From an uncultured Armatimonadetes bacterium (GTDB lineage: Bacteria > Armatimonadota > Hebobacteria > Hebobacterales > Hebobacteraceae), in assembly GCA_963716175.1 (NCBI GenBank), contig OY970296.1, positions 3,648,001-3,712,000 on the forward strand: DNA of 64,000 nucleotides, read 5' to 3'. The notes under the pieces were generated by a model that saw only the letters and a list, made by a program, of their open reading frames with translations, made no database searches and was not told the DNA's origin. Below, piece by piece: positions 60,354-64,000 of the stretch; the stretch's first letter is position 1; every line of letters starts with the position of its first letter. Made by a program: the position numbers and the translations under genes.

Positions 60354-60380
60354 CGGCATGCCTTGGCCGGCATGCCCTAC
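60354..60380 (-). repeat. GTAG REP-like hairpin variant
   Basis: GTAGGGCATGCCGGCCAAGGCATGCC. Confidence 0.55.
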
Positions 60381-60416
60381 CTCGTCCAGGCCGTTCGCGC
60401 CACGACGCCGCCTGGC

Positions 60417-61061
60417 TCACGGCTGCAGCTCTACCATCTGCGCCCTGACTTTCACAACTCGCCATCCGTCCAGCAGAGGCCCGAAGGCCTCAGCGGAGAG
60501 CGCGCCAGAGGCCTGGCTGACAAAGCGATTGCCGTGGGCCAGCTCTCGCAGCATGGCGCGCAGTCTCACCAACGCCGGGTTGCTCGCGGCGTCGCTGGGC
60601 CCTCTGCGCCCGCCGGTGTTCTGGTTCGACGAGAACTGAGGCCTGAACGTGCGCTGATGCAACACCTCCAGGACGTACCCCTCGAGCTCGCCCTTGGTCT
60701 TCCCGACTAGCTTCCCGGTAGCGATCTCGCGAATTGAGTACACCAGTCCCTCGGTAGCCTCCCCGACTCCCGCCAGCCGCGCGTCATAGCGACCGATCCG
60801 GTTGGGCTCGCCGCTGCGCAGCAGCACCGCGTCGCCTACCGTGACCACCGGTGGGGCTTGTGCCCGCTTGGTCTTCCGGCCAGCTCGCACCTTGGGCCGC
60901 GGCCGTGCCGCGGTGCGCCGAGGCGGCTTCCGTCGCCCTCCATCGGCGCCCTTGCGGGCGCGCTTCTGTGTCGCCACCCTTGCTCCCGTGCCGTTCCGAG
61001 ATGCGCCTGCCAGCCGCCCACCGGGCCTTCGTCCGGCGCTGGCCTGTGGCGCTGCCGCCAA
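60417..61061 (-). CDS. Hypothetical protein with basic disordered N-terminus
   Basis: 214-aa ORF co-oriented with its neighbours; start uncertain. Confidence 0.55.
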   Translation of the reverse strand: MAAAPQASAGRRPGGRLAGASRNGTGARVATQKRARKGADGGRRKPPRRTAARPRPKVRAGRKTKRAQAPPVVTVGDAVLLRSGEPNRIGRYDARLAGVGEATEGLVYSIREIATGKLVGKTKGELEGYVLEVLHQRTFRPQFSSNQNTGGRRGPSDAASNPALVRLRAMLRELAHGNRFVSQASGALSAEAFGPLLDGWRVVKVRAQMVELQP

Positions 61062-61138
61062 TGCGGCTCAGCCTGCTACGGACACTCGGCCCCTCGCGGC
61101 GTGAAGCCGCTAGTCCGCGGCGAGCCGGTTGCTTGCTC

Positions 61139-61777
61139 TTATGCTGGTGCTCCAGGTTCCACCACTCCGCTCGCAGCCAGGATGGCGCGGGCGACATCCA
61201 CTAGCTTGGTCTTGGAGCAGGCGGCTTCTTTCTGCATCCGCCTGCGCGCCTCCTCTTCGGTCAGGCCGTGCTGGTCCATGAGCACCCCCTTGGCCCGCGC
61301 CACCAGCTTGCGGGCCTGCAGCAACTGCTCCAGGTGAACGGCCTGATCCCGCAGACTCTCCAGCTCCGTAAAGCGCGTCCTCGCCAGTGCCAGGGCGGCC
61401 TGAAGCTGATCAGAGGTCGCCGGCTTCAGCAGGTAGGCGAGACCGCCCGACTCGCTCACGCCGGCCAGCAGGTCCCGGTCAAAATGCCCGCTCAGAAAGA
61501 GCACCGGCAGGGGCCACTCCATGGCAATGCGCTGCGCCGCCTCGATCCCGTCTCCGTCCGGCATCTTGATGTCCATGATGATGGCTTCCGGGCGCCTCTC
61601 GGCCGCCAGCCGCACCGCCTCCGCGCCGCTCGCCGCCTCGCCAATCACCTCGTGCCCCAGCGCGCGCAACTGCGCGGCGAGCGAGGCCGCCACTGGCAGA
61701 TCGTCCTCCGCCAGCAGGATCCTCAGCCCTCTGGTCTCACCCGGAGCACGGATGCCCTGTACTAGCGATTCACTCAT
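61139..61777 (-). CDS. REC-ANTAR response regulator (PdtaR/EutV-like)
   Basis: LAEDD, MDIKMP, LKP; RKLVARAKGVLM..HGLTEEEA...MQK.A. Confidence 0.93.
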   Translation of the reverse strand: MSESLVQGIRAPGETRGLRILLAEDDLPVAASLAAQLRALGHEVIGEAASGAEAVRLAAERRPEAIIMDIKMPDGDGIEAAQRIAMEWPLPVLFLSGHFDRDLLAGVSESGGLAYLLKPATSDQLQAALALARTRFTELESLRDQAVHLEQLLQARKLVARAKGVLMDQHGLTEEEARRRMQKEAACSKTKLVDVARAILAASGVVEPGAPA

Positions 61778-62643
61778 TCTTCTCCCACATCCGACAGCGG
61801 AAATGCTACGCGGAAGCAAGCCCCCTCCGCATTCCAGGCCCGCACGGAACCGCCCAGATCGGAGGCGGCCAGCCGCTCCACCAATTGCAGCCCCAGGCTG
61901 TGGCCTTGCGTCGGATCGAACCCGGCCGGCAGCCCTGCACCGCTGTCATGCACCTCCAGGAAAGCGTGCCCGCGGTCGCACCCTGCACGGACCGCGATCT
62001 TGCCCTTACCGCCGCCGGCAAATCCATGCTCGATGGCGTTGGAGAGCAGCTCGGTCAAGATCAGCACGAAGGAAGTGGCCTGGCGCTCGGAGAGCTTGAT
62101 GGCGGCGACTTGGGTCTCAACTTCCAGGCGCTCGTCCGCCCCGGCCTGACAGAGAAGCTGCTGGGCCAGGCGGCGCGCTATCTCCGGCAGGTGAAACTGG
62201 TCTGAGCCGGCCTCCTGTGCCAGTAGGTCGTGGATGGCGGCAATGGAGGCGAGACGGGCGATGCTCTTCCGCAGCGCCGGCCGGGCGGCCGGCGACGCCT
62301 CCGTCAGCTCCTGGGCCGACAGCCATCCGATAAGGCCCTGCAGGTGGTTTCTGACCCGGTGGTGGATTTCCTGGAGGTGAGTGGTGCTGTCCTCCAGTTG
62401 CCGCGCCAGGCGGTCATTCTCCTGGGAAGCACGATCGGCGCGGGCGGCTCGTGCCAGCAGCTCCGAGACCAGACGCCCCTGCTGCTCGGCCAGCCGGGCC
62501 AGCAGGTTGGCCTCGTCGCGGCAGAAGCTTGACTCGTCGCCCAGGCCCTGAGGAGCCAGTAAGCTGCTCCCCGGCCCAGCCGGGACGAGCGCTGACCTAC
62601 CCCGCCTGAAGGATTCAGGCGGCTCCGACTGCTCCTGTCTCAT
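61774..62643 (-). CDS. HisKA_2 histidine kinase (PdtaS/EutW-like), no evident sensor domain
   Basis: EIHHRVRNHLQ, IAAIHDLL, ELLSNAIEHGF, DSGAG, SLGLQLV. Confidence 0.9.
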   Translation of the reverse strand: MRQEQSEPPESFRRGRSALVPAGPGSSLLAPQGLGDESSFCRDEANLLARLAEQQGRLVSELLARAARADRASQENDRLARQLEDSTTHLQEIHHRVRNHLQGLIGWLSAQELTEASPAARPALRKSIARLASIAAIHDLLAQEAGSDQFHLPEIARRLAQQLLCQAGADERLEVETQVAAIKLSERQATSFVLILTELLSNAIEHGFAGGGKGKIAVRAGCDRGHAFLEVHDSGAGLPAGFDPTQGHSLGLQLVERLAASDLGGSVRAWNAEGACFRVAFPLSDVGEE

Positions 62644-62804
62644 CCCCCCTGCCCCCTAACAGCTTAGCGCAGATTGCGCTGCACCTTGCCCCTGCTTGCC
62701 GCTGTTCGCAAACCCTCTGTTCCGCCCGGAGAACGATTCTCCTGCTCGGTTCGCGGCGGCCCCGTCTGCTTCTGCTTCGCCATTGGGCACACCGCCTCTG
62801 CCAG

Positions 62805-63635
62805 TCAGGGTTTCTGCATCTCCTTGGCAATGACCGCAGTCGCGTGCACGATGTGGCTGAAGCGTGAGGCGTCGAGGCTGGCTCCCCCCACCAGGGCCCC
62901 GTCAATCTCGGGCTGGGACATCAGTTCGTGGGCATTGGCGTCGCTCACGCTTCCCCCGTACTGGATGCGAACCGCGGAGGCGGCCTCCGCGCCGAACTGC
63001 TTCCGGACCGCGCGCCGGATCACGCCGATCACCCGGTTCGCCTCGCCCGCATCGCAGGCCTGCCCGGTGCCGATCGCCCACACAGGCTCATAAGCCAAGA
63101 CCAGGCCCCCTACCTGGTCGGAGGTGACTTCCGCCAGACCGGTGTTGACCTGATCGGTCACAACCTCGTCCGTGCGGCCCGCCTCCCGCTCCGGCAGAGT
63201 CTCCCCTATGCACATGATCGGCACCAGGTTGTGCTTGAGGGCGGCTTTCACTTTGAGGTTGACGCTGGCGTCGGTGTCGCCGAACACCCGCATCGCCTCC
63301 GCGCCCAGCGACTCATCCGGTCGCCCGAAACGCCCCCTCCGCTCTGAGTGCCCGATGATGGCGTACTTGCATCCCAGGTCCACCAGCATCAGGGGGCTGA
63401 TCATACCGGTGAAGGCGCCGGAGTCAGCCCAGAACACGTCCTGCGCGCCCAAGGCAATCTCCGACCCCTCCAGGGCCTGGGCCACCGCGCTCAAGGCCGT
63501 GGCCGGCGGACACACCGCCGCCTCCACCCGCTCGATCCCTTGCACCCGCGGCATCAACTCCTTGACGAAGACCACGGCCTCGGCCACGGTCTTGTTCATC
63601 TTCCAGTTTCCCGCGATCAGCGGCGTTCGCGCCAT
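62805..63635 (-). CDS. tpiA: Triosephosphate isomerase
   Basis: AGNWKMN, GHSERR, AYEPVWAIGTG, YGGSV, LVGGASL. Confidence 0.98.
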   Translation of the reverse strand: MARTPLIAGNWKMNKTVAEAVVFVKELMPRVQGIERVEAAVCPPATALSAVAQALEGSEIALGAQDVFWADSGAFTGMISPLMLVDLGCKYAIIGHSERRGRFGRPDESLGAEAMRVFGDTDASVNLKVKAALKHNLVPIMCIGETLPEREAGRTDEVVTDQVNTGLAEVTSDQVGGLVLAYEPVWAIGTGQACDAGEANRVIGVIRRAVRKQFGAEAASAVRIQYGGSVSDANAHELMSQPEIDGALVGGASLDASRFSHIVHATAVIAKEMQKP

Positions 63636-63658
63636 AAGTCTGACATCCTCCCAACACC

Positions 63659-63684
63659 AGCGGACGTGGAAGTGCCCGCCCTAC
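63659..63684 (-). repeat. Degenerate GTAG REP
   Basis: GTAGGGCGGGCACTTCCACGTCCGC between pgk and tpiA. Confidence 0.65.
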
Positions 63685-63691
63685 CGCGACG

Positions 63692-64000
63692 TCAACGGTC
63701 CTGGAGGGCGGCGATGCCGGGCAGCTCTCTGCCCTCGAGGAACTCCAGCGAGGCCCCGCCGCCGGTGCAGACATGGGTCATCTTGTCCGCAAACCCCAGT
63801 TGCTCTACCGCGGCCACCACGTCGCCGCCGCCCACGACAGTCATCGCCTTCGACTCCGCCATGGCCTGGGCGATGGCGCGGGTGCCCTCGGCGAACCGCG
63901 GGATCTCGGTAATGCCCAACGGGCCGTTCCAGACCACGCGCTTCGCCTGCTTGATCTCGTCTGCGTACCGCTTGCGCGTCTCGGGGCCTATGTCCACGCC
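63692..64000 (-). CDS. pgk: Phosphoglycerate kinase (3' part)
   Basis: [32 protein letters not shown]. Confidence 0.96.
   Translation of the reverse strand, partial: GVDIGPETRKRYADEIKQAKRVVWNGPLGITEIPRFAEGTRAIAQAMAESKAMTVVGGGDVVAAVEQLGFADKMTHVCTGGGASLEFLEGRELPGIAALQDR

Overview
High-GC bacterial chromosomal segment, mostly housekeeping genes. An Armatimonadota-like origin is inferred from gene content and a TpiA insertion; it is not proven. The left end holds three tandem beta-propeller lipoproteins. A long minus-strand run follows: DUF6259, wHTH, pyrF, DUF4132, argS, CBS-DUF1385, rluB, DD-carboxypeptidase, scpBA, trpS, a translin/TRAX-like RNase, UDG, dapA-aspartokinase-asd, topA, dprA, a PQQ-repeat protein, a permease, apgM, anmK, spoIID-like, HAD, the fab cluster and an M16 peptidase pair. 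Next come pfkA-fba, a GlnR-like regulator with glnA-nadE, a c-di-GMP-I riboswitch-led HD-GYP/GAF/GGDEF gene, a second GGDEF gene, rplY, prs, a short glmU, tRNA-Gln, an ANTAR two-component pair, tpiA and pgk (partial). No CRISPR array, prophage or transposase was seen. Most notable: (1) GTAG-type REP hairpins inserted in frame in proteins; (2) a 104-bp double-hairpin element present twice with complementary loops; (3) ten frameshifts in conserved genes, all at or near CGCG, probably a long-read artefact that may reflect a methylated motif; (4) a possible peptidoglycan-recycling operon; (5) a bacterial translin next to trpS; (6) an unannotated 42-aa basic protein.
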